Origin: the human T2T-CHM13v2.0 reference genome, Homo sapiens
DNA: 64,000 nt
Reading direction: 5' to 3' (one strand)
Assembly (NCBI RefSeq): GCF_009914755.1
Contig: NC_060927.1
The notes beneath the pieces were generated by a model. It was given only the letters and a program-made list of their open reading frames with translations. It was not told the DNA's origin and made no database searches. How positions within the stretch are numbered: the stretch's first letter is position 1; each line of letters starts with the position of its first letter. Positions 1-15,016 of the stretch are shown in pieces. The position numbers were made by a program, and so were the translations under genes.

Positions 1-234
1 CCATCCCAGCACCCCAGAGGTTGCTGAATTTCATTATTTCTGGCTTTTCCTGTCTTGTGTCTAACCACAGAGGACAAAGATTTTTTGTTTAAACCAACAG
101 AGGCTGAGAACTTCGTCAAGAACATCCTGTAAGAACAATTAGGCAGTTTATTTTGTGTTGATAGTGTGGTTCTCACATTAAACATAATAGAGTCACATGT
201 CAGAAACGATCTCGTAGATACATGTTGCTTATTC

Positions 235-375
235 TTGCTAAGCCTCCATTTCCTTATCACAAAATGAAGTCAGTAGCATTCCTACTTCCTAAAATTATTG
301 TGAGAAAAATGTGATAATGCAGTCAATGTGCTCAGCCTGATATCTTGCACATAATAATCTCAATAAATATTAGAT
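235..375 (+). mobile_element. MIR SINE fragment
   Basis: agcctccatttcctt...aaaatg...gtgagaaaaatgtgataatgca...caataaatattag resembles the MIR core and 3' end. Confidence 0.6.
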
Positions 376-1704
376 CCAAGAAGAACGGGACCTCAGAAGA
401 AACACTTTATACATTTGACTGATTACGTGTGGGGTGAAGGGGAGTGGTGGGAGACTCTTAGAAGATGTGGGATTTACAATAAATTTTTAATTAGTGCAAG
501 GAATAGAGTAGTTTGCAGCTTATATTTTATGGTGCCATATTAGAAAAGAGATGGCAGAAGGTAGAAAAATCAAGTGTGACCCTGAGGAATGCTAACAGAT
601 TTGATGGCTTAGGAAAATTCTGAAAAATAATGTGCCATTTAGCACATTAGTAAATATATATCTAGAGTAGAAGCCTATAATACAGGCAAAGCAATCCACG
701 GAAGGCCACTAAAGAATATTGGAGATTCAAAATAAACAGTTTGATAATGGGAGGATTGTCATTCAATGAATAGTGTACCAATGATGGTTGTGAAAACTTC
801 CTAAAAGTAAAAGTTGAAAGCTAAAGAAAACAAAATCTGTTTAGGAAAGGCCTGAGGAAGAAGACATTAATATATTCCCATGCAAATCTCTAAGTGTCGT
901 TTTAAAAACTAGGTTTATATTGTAGCAGGTATGGAAAACTCAGACAATAGAATTGAACTAATGTGAACTAATGTTTTCTCATGAATCAAAATGTAAAATA
1001 TTAAAAAAAAATTTTATAACTATAAGTGAAAGTTCATTCTTTTATGGATTTTATAATCATCTCTTCTCAGCTAAAGGAAATTATCACCTATTTTAAAGCT
1101 TTTAATTAAATTAACATATGTAATTGAATTAGATTTTACACATATTGGTCTACCATACTTACTCCTATTTGCTCAGTGCTAGCCAGGTAAAAAGATTTAA
1201 GAGGAGTCTGTGAGGTGCCATCTAACCTCAAGGGCAGACCCTCAAGTAAATCTTATCCATCTCACTGCTCCAACTCTTCTCTTCCAGAGAGGACTAGCAC
1301 ATAGGCTATCCTAGGATAAAAGTAGATATCACACAAAATTCTTATACCTTTAATTTTCTTTCAGTTGTTTTAAAATCTATAAGCTTAGCCTAAAATTACC
1401 AGCAAATACCTTTCTGTGTGTATATAGTCTACCAGTTACTTTATTAACGTTTAATCAGAACTTTAGAGACCTCAGAGATGTGAACAGAAGGTGGAAAGAA
1501 AAATAATTTCATAGTATTGCAAACAATAATAATTATTACTAATTAAACTTCTATTCTTTTCAAGGTCCATGACATATTTATCTTATGTCAACCTCATCCA
1601 ACTGTATGATGTAGATACAGATTTTACTATTTTAAACCTGCCGAAAGATAGATGTTAGTAAAACAAGGAACTAACTTTTGAACCCAGATGTTCTGTTTTT
1701 CATT

Positions 1705-2920
1705 TTTTAACAGTTTTCTTGAGGAATGTTTTACATATCAAAAAAATCAAGTGAATGATTCAATGGTTTTTGAATTTTACTCAAGTAAAAATTTAACAGC
1801 CATCACCATAAATCAGTTTTAGAACATTCTCTTTCCTCTAAAAAGATTACTCATGTTCATGTACATTTAGTTCTCATTTTCAACCACAGTCTCAGACGAC
1901 CACTATCAACTTTCTCTCTTGACAGATTTGCCTTTTCGGGACATTTCATATGAATGCACTCTTATGCTATGTGGCCTCCTGTGTCTGACTTCTTTCATTT
2001 AATGTAATGTTTTAGGTCCTCCCATGATGTAACATGCATTGATAATTCATTACTTTTTATTGCTGAATAGCATTCTGTTGTATGAGCATAGCACATTTTG
2101 TTCATTCATTCATTAGTTGATGGGTATTTCACTTTTCCCTCACTTTTTGCTATTAAAAATAATGCTGCTATGAACATTCACACACACATCTTTGAACAGA
2201 CATATTTTTAATTTCTCTTGGGTATATACATAGGAGTAGAATTATTGAAACATATGGTAGTTTTATGTTTAACTTTTTGAGAAAATGATGAACTGTTTTC
2301 CAAAATGGCTGTATTATTTTACATTGTCACCAGCGTTGCATGAGGGTCCCTATTTTCTAAATCCTCCAAAATAATTTTTTCTTGTCTGCTTTATTGGTTA
2401 TAGCCATTCTAGTGGGTATGAAATGATATTTCATTGTGGTTTTATTTTGCATTTTCCTAATGACATGATTTGAGCATCTTTCTGAGTGCTTCTCAACCAT
2501 TCATGTAATTTCTTGGGTGATACATTTGGCATATTTTTCCCCATTTCTTAATTGGGTTGTATTCTTGAGTTCTATGAGGTCTTTGTAAATTCTTGATACA
2601 AGTTCTTAACTTAATATTTGTTTTGCAAATATTTTCTCCCAGTATGTGGCTTGTCTTATTAGGTTTTAATGGTGTTTTTTGAAGTACAAAAGTTTAGAAA
2701 TTTATTATGTCAAATTTAGCATTTTTTTTCTTTTGTGGACCATGTTCTTTGCTGGTATATAAGAAATTTTTGCCTCATTCGGGTCATAAAGATTTTCTAT
2801 ATTTCCTTCTACAATTTGTATTTTTAAGATATTATATTTAAGTCTATTATTCACTTGAGTTAATTTTTAGATATGGTCTGAGATGAGGGTGGAAATTTAC
2901 CTCTTCACATGTGGATACAT
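1705..2920 (-). mobile_element. Old L1M (L1MB/MC-type) 3' fragment
   Basis: Antisense L1 3'UTR/ORF2-end phrases: aatgctgctatgaacattc, tttctcttgggtatatacataggagtagaatt, tttcattgtggttttattttgcattttcc. Confidence 0.8.
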
Positions 2921-3526
2921 GAGCTAGGCATTTCTGTTTCCAATAACAACCCTGTTCTACCATACCAAACAGGCTAGATAAATATGAGTGGAGATCATGT
3001 CTGACTGGCTTCCTATAGTGATTTAATAGCGGTTGGATGAAACTGCATACCTAGGGACAAGAAGCTGCAACTCACCTGAGCCAAGAATTGTTGATTGCGA
3101 TTAGTTCAATTATTTAACATCAGAGTTCCCCACATCAGTTCTTGCTCTGTGATGGATTTTTCAACTTTACCATGATACAAAAGTAGAAACCATACTTGGA
3201 ATTTTGAATTTTGATCTTCTCCAGGCTAGCATTATACAGTACAATATTCTTTCTTGTGATGCTGGGTAGTGACCATGAGTTATAGCTCCCAGTCAGTGAC
3301 ACAATCACTAGGGCAGACTACCAATACTCTACAGTGTCCTGAGTTGCCAGCAGTTTTCGGATATTGTGTTTTGTGTTTTTGCATCTGATCTCGTCTACAA
3401 AATGTCAGTTTGTTTCTCCTCCTTCTGGTGGGAAGAAGAAGAAGAGGAAGGCAATTACTCTTGAGACAAACTTGAGATAATTTCCCAGCATGAAGCTGGC
3501 AAACCAATAATGGCCATCACACATGA

Positions 3527-3853
<327 letters not shown>

Positions 3854-3855
3854 TA

Positions 3856-4203
3856 GGATATGGCTTGGCTGTGTCCCCACCCAAATCTCATCTTGAATTG
3901 TAGCTCTCACAATTTCCACATGTTGTGGGAAGGATCCAGTGGGAGGTAATTGAATCATGGGGGTGCATCTTTCCCAAGCTATTCTCATAATAGTGAATAA
4001 GTCTCATGAGATCTAAAGGGGAGTTCCCCCGCACAAGTTCTCTTCTTTTGTCTGCTACCATGTGAGATGTGCCTTTCACTTTCTGCCATGATTGTGAAGC
4101 CTCCCCAGCCATGTGAAACTGTGAGTCCATTAAACCTCTTTCTTTTGTAAATTTCCCAGTGTTGGGTATGTCTTTATCAGCAGCATGAAAATGAACTAAT
4201 ACA
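3856..4203 (+). mobile_element. THE1 (MaLR) solo LTR
   Basis: gatatggcttggctgtgtccccacccaaatctc...aactaataca; imperfect 5-bp TSD atata/gtata. Confidence 0.92.
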
Positions 4204-4310
4204 GTATACTCTAAGCCTTCTGACAATCCAGAGTAAGACAGTGTCTTTCAATATAATAAAAGAGTGTGCCAATGGTCCTACTTATAAGCAAATGTTTATA
4301 GCAAGTCATA

Positions 4311-5264
4311 GTGGTTCCATTGCTTCAAGTAGCTTATAATTTTCCTAATATGAAGGTCAGCAATGAGGCAGTAAGTGCAGATACTGAAGGTCTTGACCTT
4401 TTTAAGGAAGAGCAGCATAGAATAATTGTGGATGAGAAATACTTTCCAGAACAAATATTTTACATCAATAAAACAAGCTTATTTTGGAAGTGTATGCCAG
4501 TGGATACACACATTCCTCAAGAGTCCAAGACAGTGAGAGGATTCAAGACATTGAGAGATTGTTTGACCTTGCTTTGGGATGGAAATGGGAAATACCATAG
4601 GGTTCAAATTCAAGCCTTTTCTAATCTACCACTCAGAGAACCCTAGAGCATTCAAGAATGTGAGCAAGCATACATTGGATGACAACAGCTTTGTTTGAAA
4701 ACTGGTTTTTGAACTGTTTTATTCTGCAGGCAAGATATTATTGTAGGAAAAACAACATCCCATTTATGATTCTTCTGATCTTAAACAATGCTCCAGGGTA
4801 TCCACAGCATAACAGAAACATACATTCTGATGTAAAGGTTATATATTTGCAGCTGAACATCATCACACTCATTCAACCAATGGACCAAGGTGCAATAGCA
4901 GCATTCAAAGCATACATTTGCACAGGCTGTTGAAACAACTGAATGTGATTGAATGATCCTAGATTTCTGGAAAGGTTTACACATTCTAAATGTTATCCAG
5001 GACATCGCTGCAGCATAGGAAGAATTCACACAGCAATGCATAGATGGCATTTGGAAGAAAGTTTTGAATGCATATATGAACATATGCAAAAGCTTTAATA
5101 TAGATTCTGCTGTTGATGAAATAGTAAGTAACAAGATATTAGTGCTTGGGAACCAGCTAGAATTGGATATTGATGAAGAGGATATTCGTGAGTTTGTTTG
5201 CACTGAGGCTGAAGAGCTCTGCAGTGAGGAGCTAATTGAACTAGAGGAAGAAAGAAGAAATTGA
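4311..5264 (+). pseudogene. Decayed pogo-family DDE transposase (fragments)
   Basis: ORFs 4311-4646 (IFYINKTSLFWK ~ IFNxDETGLFWK), 4679-4933 (LLILNNAPGYP, QPMDQG) and 5064-5264 (acidic tail); stops and frameshifts between them. Confidence 0.85.
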
Positions 5265-5929
5265 AGCACAAGAAGAAGTTACACCTGAGGCACCAAGAAA
5301 GCTCACAACAAGGAAACTAGCAGAGGCATTTGCTACTATCATCAGTGGCTTATGGGTGTTAGACAAAATGGATGCCAAGTATGAGGGACTCATAATTGAC
5401 AGGCAGTTACAGGTGCTAATGCTTGCTATAGAGAAATATATAATGAAAATAAGAAAACTGTAGTCAAAATTTGGTATCGTCCTGAAGAACACTATGCCTG
5501 CTAATCCGTCAAGTATTGATGGCTTCTGTCAGCTATTCTCAAGCCTCATTCAAAGAGAAATTAATGACCCTGTCACTGTCGCATCCCGTCATTCGGCAAT
5601 TAATTTTTATTCAATGCTTCAAACAATCTTCAGGAGCAGCGTGCTTTCAGCTGTGTACCTAAGTGGTGAGTACCCATACAACCATTCTGCTTTTCACTTT
5701 CACTACAGTATTTAATAAACTAAAAGAAAGATTCAATGATTTATTATAAAATATACTTTGTATTAGGTGACGTTACCCAACTGTAGACTAGTGTAAATGT
5801 TCTGAGAATGTTTAAGATAGGCAAGCCTAAGCAGTGATGTTCAATAGCCTAGGTGTATTAAATGCATTCTTTTCAACTTAAGATGAGTTTACTGGATATA
5901 ACCCCATCATAAGTTGAGGAGCATCTGTA

Positions 5930-6575
<646 letters not shown>

Positions 6576-6598
6576 AAATATTTTAAGATCTGTCCTAC

Positions 6599-7083
6599 TG
6601 TATTAGTTTTCTATTGCTGCTATAACAAATTAACACAAACTTACTAACTTAAAACAACACAAATTTATTATTTTATTGTGTTTAGGCCAGAAGCTGGAAT
6701 TTTATCTTATTGGGCTACAATTAAGGACTGCCTTCCTTTCAGGAGGCTCTAGGGGAGAATCCATTTTTAGCTACTAGAGGCCAATCACATTCCTTGGCTT
6801 AATTCAACTTCAAACCCAGAAATGACCAGTCAAGTCTGTATTGCATCACATCATTTGGACACTCTTCTGCCTCTCTCTTCTACATTTAGGGTCTCTTGTG
6901 ATTACATTGGGCTCACCTAAAATAAGGGTAGTCCTTATTTTAAAGTCAGTGGATTAGCAATCTTAATTCCATTTGCAACCTTAATTTCCTTTTGCTTTGC
7001 AATATAACACATTCACAGGTTCCAGAGATCTGGACACCATTTTGCTGGGGAGGATGTACGAAGGAGTGCTATTCTGACCACCC
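6599..7083 (-). mobile_element. MLT1 (MaLR) LTR
   Basis: tgtattagttttctattgctgctataacaaatt...cttgtgattacattgggctcacc...acattcacaggttcc. Confidence 0.85.
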
Positions 7084-7884
7084 CTAGAAACCTAGCCATC
7101 ACACCTAATATTGTTTCTATGAGAAAATAACAATTATTGAATAATCTGAGCCATTCAATCTATAGCCATCTGTTGAATGGTTACTATTACAAGACACTAA
7201 AAGAGTAATCCATAAATAACACACTTTCTGTGTCTCATTGACAATATTATACAAGGTATTTTCAGATATATTGTAAGCATTGTAAATTGCTAAATGAGGT
7301 TTGATACAGTGGCATGAACCAATAGTTTTCTGTATCCTCTGTTATATAGTAGACACTTCTATATTGAGGAAAAATGCTTTTTACTGTAGAAAATACTGGA
7401 GATTCAGATATTTATTTCAAGCACATACCTGAACATTAAAATTACTTATTGCTGTGAATGACTAGGAAACAAAAAAAGCAGCAGCCCTGCCTAGCAGGTA
7501 TCATATTGAGCCTCAGGGTGAAGAACACTTTTGAAATCTTCTGACCATTGCCATCTCACTCATGCTATCAATTAACAAAACAGAGGTGGGGAGGTTAACT
7601 TAGCAGTTAGAGCTAATTCTTCCAAGATACATGTTTCTGTTTCTGTAAGATTTTCTCTAAGACATAGTCTTCAGATTTGTTCCACCTCATAGTGTTGAAG
7701 TCTAACTTTCCTTAAACAATATTACAATTATCCTTAGAAATGTGTCAGTAGACTTGATTTAACAGAGAAAAACAAAGTGGATCATTAGTTTTGTGTTAGT
7801 TAATAACTAACTTTATACCTTTAAGCCTTGAGCACAGTCCCTTGATTTATTATAAATAACCCAGAAACCTTTCATAATTTTCCT

Positions 7885-8005
7885 AGGCTATGCATTCCTG
7901 GATCCCACCCCAAAACATTCTAATTTAATTTATCTGGGTTCCAGCTAGTATATCAGGGTTTAAAAGGTACCCGGTGATATTTATCTAGTATTGAGAACTA
8001 CTGTT
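7885..8005. mobile_element. MER5-like hAT fragment
   Basis: attcctggatcccacccc...ttctaatttaatt...ttgagaactactg. Confidence 0.55.
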
Positions 8006-8228
8006 TTAAGGTCAGAGTTAAGAACTACAGAAATAAAGCAAGAACATGAATGATTTGGCTAAAAAAAAGCAATCTGAGTTTACCACCCCAAGAGCTGTAT
8101 TACAAACTTAAGCACTGTCCACAGCCTGAACAACTGGTATTTTTGTATAGTAAATTATATAGCCACATAGCCAATGTATGTCTGATAGTAAATACCTGAT
8201 AGTAATCCCCATATATTTAAGTACATAA

Positions 8229-8676
<448 letters not shown>

Positions 8677-8761
8677 AATAGTCTGAATTTTTTAAAAAAA
8701 TCCATGGCTCAAACAGCGTGTTAATGTTTGTTCCCATTTTTAAGTGTCCAAGATATCAAAG

Positions 8762-9418
8762 TGAGGTAGGAAATCAGCAGGACTTATTTTCTGAGCGATA
8801 ATCATGACCCTGCCGATCAAAGCAGAATGCAGTAAAGAAACAAGCGGAAACTAGCAGATGGCGACAAAAGCAACCTCCAGTTGCCTTCACTGATTAAAGA
8901 CCACCAGCGCTATTTTTAAACATAACTGTTTAAAAATGCCATGACAACGATCCAGAAGTTATCTTATATGGTTTCAGGAATTTCCCCACCCCTTTCCTAT
9001 AAAATTCTGAAAACCAGCCCCTTAATTAGCATACAATTAAGAGTAAGGATAAATATAGCTGGCCAGCAATCTACCCGGACTGCCCCTCTGGACTGCTCTG
9101 TTTGGGTACACTGCTGGGGCTGCTGCTGCTCTGGTCTGTTCTGCCTATGGAGCAGCCACTTTGCTGTACACCGCTACTCCGGGCCACTCTGCCTATAAGG
9201 AAGCACTGCTCTGTGGGACAGTGATACGGCTGCACACCGCTACTCCCGGGAACTCTGTCTTTGGGTCAGCCCTGCTCTGTCTACGGAGCAGCTATTTTGC
9301 TGTATGCTGTTGTTCTAATAAACTTCTTTCTTTCACTGCTGGCTGGCGCTTGAATTCTTTCCTGAGTGAAGCCAAGAATCCTCCCAGGCTGAACGCCAAT
9401 TCGGGATAAACCTGCATC
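8762..9418 (+). mobile_element. ERV1 solo LTR, MER41/MER83/MER84 group
   Basis: Starts tgaggtagg; contains gatggcgacaaaag..acctc, aaatgccatgacaacg, ctgcctatggagcagcc, aataaa (9318) and gccaagaatcctccc; exact subfamily uncertain. Confidence 0.8.
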
Positions 9419-10270
9419 CGCTGGATAACTTGATAATGAATTTTTAAATTAATTTTTTCACTTATTGATCCACTGTAAGTCCAAGATTTCTATAATGTTA
9501 TAACAGATGCGGTAATAAATAGAAAACTATTTAGTGCTAAAAAATCGGTCGTATTCCTGGATAGAAATCTTTACAGGAAATTATTTGTTTGATTGTTTTG
9601 TTTGTTTGGGATGGGATGTCTACCTCTAAATTTTATTTGAATCTTAATATCAAAAAGTGCATGTGTCCCCTAAGGGAAAAATATTCTCAAACAATAGTGA
9701 GTAAGAAAACAGTTTGATTAGAAGTCTTAGTCCTCCTTTTATCCATAAGGTTGATTTGCCTTTATTCGTTGGATACATGTAATATGGGCCATTCCCTAAT
9801 CTCCCTTAGATAATTATGGGTACTTTCCTAAGTAACTGTGCACCTGAAAAGGAGAGCTAATTATAATTTTCATGCACTGGCTCCAATAAAACACTGTTCT
9901 TGAGTATGCAGACCAAAACTTTTAACAATATTAAAGGCTTAAGGGTGGTAAACAGAATTCAAAGTAAATTAATCTCACAATCAGTTCTGTGTGGTCCAAG
10001 CCCCACTCTGAGGATAGCTTCATATTTCCTTTATTCATGGTTTGAATCACTATCACAGCGTATTGCAGAATTCCATACTGGCTTCCTGGTACATAGAGTA
10101 AAGGCTATTACAGTACCAAGTAAAAGCAAAAGCCACTGAGCCTCCCTTTTCCTAACACAGCAATAAGTGAAATATTGTAATATATGCATAAGGGTATTGA
10201 AGTGATTATTATTATCATTAAATATGATATGTATTAAAATATTTCTTTTTTTTTCTTCTCTTGTACACAG

Positions 10271-10290
10271 GAGATAATGGTGAGGGTTAG
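10271..10290 (+). other. Candidate microexon (20 nt; alternative donor after 10279 gives 9 nt)
   Basis: tttctttttttttcttctcttgtacacag|GAGATAATG(gtgagg)...TTAG|gtatgt, in non-repeat DNA. Confidence 0.5.
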
Positions 10291-10600
10291 GTATGTGGCT
10301 CGCCTATATTTTGTACAATCTCACAAGAGAACCATGACAGAACTAGAGGAAAATAGATGCCACTCAGAGATATCAGACACAAAGAACAGTGATATCATTT
10401 TTATGTTTAGCTTTTGGACATGACTTTGGGTTAGCTCCCATTGAGAGGGAAAAGCCCACTTAAGATCGCATCATAGAAAAGAGTTATGTTCAGGGGGGCC
10501 ATTTTAGAAATCATGTATTTTTTAAAAGAAAGTATGGTATGGGAATTTAGGTAGCTATTGTTTCTCACATGAATACATTTCTTTCTTTGCTTTTCAACAG

Positions 10601-10624
10601 GCTTGCACCCCTTGGACCTCTAAA
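10601..10624 (+). other. Candidate 24-nt microexon
   Basis: tttctttctttgcttttcaacag|GCTTGCACCCCTTGGACCTCTAAA|gtgagt. Confidence 0.6.
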
Positions 10625-11289
10625 GTGAGTTACATTCAGTAACAGATTCTTTGTCCTTGAAATTTCAGTATTATCAGTGATGACCAGGGTAAAAGATTGA
10701 GATTTAAGTAAGATTTGAGTTATCTAATAGTAAGAAACCAAGTAGAAAAGCCACATGTTACTATTGAGGAGATAACAGGAGAGTCTATGTCCTTGTCTTT
10801 AAAAAAATGCTTTTCTTGAATTTGGTGAGGTACCCCAATGTCCTTCTAATAAAAATCTCCTCTCATTTCTCTCTTATTTTTTACTTCTCTTTTCTTCTCA
10901 GTTTCTCAGTCATTTTCTGTTTCCTGCAACCGAAGACCCCTAAGTTACACAGAAATCAGATTTAAAAATACAGACTCAGACGAATGTAAATATTTTGAAT
11001 TGAATGGAGTGAAAAGTGCTGAGACTCCTACCCATGTTCAGAGATATGAAAGTGGTGGTCAATGAGAAAGAATCTTTAAACAACCACAAGCAGTGACCGG
11101 TTGGAACCTGGGCCTCCTGAAGATGAAGTTCAGAGAGCAGGTGGCTGTTGTCATAGAACTGCTTAAATAGAATGAGGAATGGTAGGCCCACCGAGTAGAA
11201 TGGCTACATCTGACAGGCCTAGTAATGAAATTGGAGACTGGAAAGCCCAGGCCTTATGGGTTTCAAAGCACAGGATGAAATTCAGAATC

Positions 11290-11460
11290 CTTGTGTGAGT
11301 GTACAGAACAGTCCCTTATTACTTGTAGCTATGCTGCGGAGCACACAGAAAACTAATTCCACGGATGCATTTTGCACCTTGCTGAATTATAATATTAGTT
11401 GAATTCACAAACTCTCATGTATGTGAAAGCTAAGGCATTAATTAAGAAAGAGTGGACTCG
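11290..11460 (+). mobile_element. Highly decayed ERVL internal (gag) fragment
   Basis: gctgaattataa...aaagctaaggcattaattaagaaagagtgg resembles the HERVL gag segment at 25200-25280. Confidence 0.45.
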
Positions 11461-11499
11461 GTATAAAGTCATAATAACACTCTGGCATCCAATTTCCAG

Positions 11500-11710
11500 A
11501 ATTTAAAATTATCTCTCTGCCTAAATAGCTGTGGGGTTCTAAATAAGTTACTCAAATTATATGTCTTACTTTTCATGGGGAATACTAACAATATTGTTAG
11601 TAGCATTATTTCATGAATAGCTATATTTTAAAGAATAAATTAGATAACCCACACCAAACACTTAACACAGTGCCTAGTACAAAGATAGTACTTGGATGTT
11701 AGCTAGTAAT
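11500..11710 (+). mobile_element. MIR fragment
   Basis: tagctgtg...taagttactc...aataaattagataa...aaacacttaacacagtgcctag. Confidence 0.6.
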
Positions 11711-14124
11711 TCAAGTAAAATCTTTAATAATTTTCAAATAGATGAAAAAGAATTTGTATTAAGTGTATTTATCAAACGATTACTTACTCTGCTACACAAT
11801 CTTCATGTTCAAAGAAATTTAATGCATATTTCTTACAATCAGAAATCTTCCAATTATTCTGGGAAGGCCTGAATAAAACTTGCAAAAATTTAAATGATAA
11901 CATAGGAGAAATAGAAGGTCGAAGTAGTGAGACAAGAACTCAGTCATAAGGTTTTATAAGATTAAGTGCTCAATGAATGCTCTTGGAAAAAGGTGTTATA
12001 TTTTTCTTAAATATCTTTTTTATCAAATGACTATTTGATCTACTGTATTTGAAGAGTTAAACTCATTTCTACATGTCTTATTTTTCTTATGTTCTTATAG
12101 CAAGGATCAGTCAGATCTAAATACTTGTTTCAGAACTGCACACTTTGGGTTTTGACATTTATTTTTTTATTTCCTAAGCCAGAAAGTGAATCTTTGAAAA
12201 CTGTAAGACAATAATCCAAGTGGAAAATGCTTTGAAAGCTCTTTGTAGTTGGCAATAAGGCTTTATTAATGACAATTGTTCTCACATGATGGATGTACTT
12301 GCCATAATACCTATGGGCTTATACTGTGACTGTTAGTATTTCCTTGAACAATTCCCTAAGTGACCATATATAATTTAATACACCTAGCCTCCCAAAACAC
12401 ATTGTCTTGTGGATTTGTCAGTAGTGTATCTTAATGAGAAAAAATGTCCTCCTTAAATCAAATGTAAATTACTTTTTTAAAAAAATCTAACTACAGATAA
12501 AACGTACTTTTAAAAATATAATCTTGCAATACATTTATTAAAATTTTGTTAAATGAATCATATTTTCCATTGATTTGCACTATTATATTAGAGATGTGTT
12601 CCTATGGTAAGAAATTTGACCAAAAGTGAATATATAATACAACTTAGAAATGCAGAGTATTTTAGATTACATATTCAACAAGAAAACATTTTGCTGAAAT
12701 AATATGTAAAAACATATCTGTAAAGTTTTCTGCATTCCTGTATATGAATTAGAAAAATAATACCTTAATCACATAGCTATTGTCAGGAGCAATTAAATAA
12801 GACTTTAAATGCTATAAATTTCACAATACTGTGCAATATTTTTATCATAATCCCCTTTACAAACAATATGGCTTATCTGTAGTTTGCCTTGCTTGCTATA
12901 CAAATGCTCAGGTGACCATCTGGTACAAAATGGTGCTCAGAATCATTTACATCTCTCTTTTTCTTCTAAGTTATTTCATTATCTGTTTAGCAATAATTTC
13001 ACATAAAGATAATAACATCTATTTTGCTTAATTTTCTATTGATATCTAGTTTCCAACAATATTTTAGCTTTCTATTTACTTTTAAAATGTGGTTTGCAAC
13101 ATAGCAAGTGAGTTCCTCTTTCAGTAAAGATCGAGGACAGAGAATTTGGGTCATCTCGCCTAAAGTGTGTAATAGCTAAAAAAATACCAATCTGGTTTCA
13201 AAGTGGAAAAAGTGACATAAAGATGTTGAGCCGACCCCTTCTCACTTTATTTCTATGGATCATGTCATCATTCTAATTCAAGTGTAACAGCAGAAGTTGG
13301 ATTCTCTTCATGCTACAATCATATAAGAGATGTTGCTAAAATGTACACTTGTCATATTCCTTTAAATACACCCAGAAAGGATTTATTCTTTCCATTCTGT
13401 CTTCTCCATTCTACTACCATAACTTGAGTTCAGGGGGACTTTTCTCTCCCTGGACCATATATCCCAATAATCTAATATAACTACATATAACACCAATCAT
13501 TTCACACACTAGATGCTGATCTAATCTTCTGCTCACCTCACTAATCTTATATTCTTGAAAACAACTCTAATCGTATTACTGCAAAAATATCAATAGCTCA
13601 TTACTTAAGCAGTAAAATTTCAAACTCTTAAATCTACAAGTGAAGGTCTACTGTCATTGACCCCTGCTTTTCATCCAGACCCCAATTCTTCCTGACACTC
13701 CCATGAAACTGGAGTACTTGCTCTTACTTATCAGTACCATTCTAGCACTCTTACCTCCATTTGTTCGCTTGTGCTAGTTCTGGGTATACTGCCGCCGTCT
13801 TCCCACACTGATGATCGCACCCAAATAGAAGGTCATTCATTGATTTTTTACTATCAAAACATTTAATTATTCACAAGACAATGGCCTCCACTTCATCCAT
13901 GCTGCTGCAAATTACAGGATTTCACATTCCATTCTATGTATCCCCTAAATCTGTCAAAACAAAAACAAATAATTTAATGCTCATTTGCTTGATTTATTTC
14001 TGTCTTAAATTATTTGGGGTACTAGTAAAAGAATGAGATTAGATTCAGACAATCTCTAAGCCTCCTAAAGTTCAAAGATTATATTCCAGGCACTCAGAAT
14101 ATCATGACAAAATGTGAATATTTT

Positions 14125-14445
14125 TGTTGATTAAAGTGTTATGTTAAAGCTTGTGTTTGACTAAAAGTGAACCGCTGGATGAATTTTCACAATGTGAACA
14201 CACCCAAGTAACCAACACCCAAAGAGACAGAATGTCAGTGGCACCCCACAAAACACCTCTAGTAACCCCTTCCAGTTCACCAGATCCATCAGTAGGCAAC
14301 TGCTATCTTGACTTGTAAAAGCACAAATTAATTGGAATATTTTGGAACATCATGGACATGGAATTTCTCTCACAGTTTGTACTGTTTTGTGTCTGGCTTG
14401 TTGTTGTCGTTGTTGTTTAACATTATGGTTGTGAGATTCATCAAA
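14125..14445 (-). mobile_element. L1ME-type 3' fragment
   Basis: gatgaattttcacaatgtgaacacaccc...cagaatgtcagtggcacccc...gtgagattcatc. Confidence 0.6.
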
Positions 14446-14661
14446 CAAACAAAGGTTGTGTTTGAAAGACATTTGCAAATATTTGTTTTTAAGTTACTGT
14501 CAATACTTGAAAAGGTCGCTAGATGTAGATGTTCTTAGCCTTCCAAGGTATCATGATTTCTCAGTTTCCTGCTCTACCTAGCACAGACAGCACCTAATTC
14601 TTATTAAACACAATCAGCAAACCGTAGAAGTGTAATAATACTGTTAAAAAATCTCGTTCCC

Positions 14662-15016
<355 letters not shown>

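Noticed and set aside
8968-9012. MER41-type tandem GAS/STAT1 sites in the ERV1 LTR
   Set aside because: The equivalent positions read tttcaggaa and ttcctataa; neither fits TTCNNNGAA
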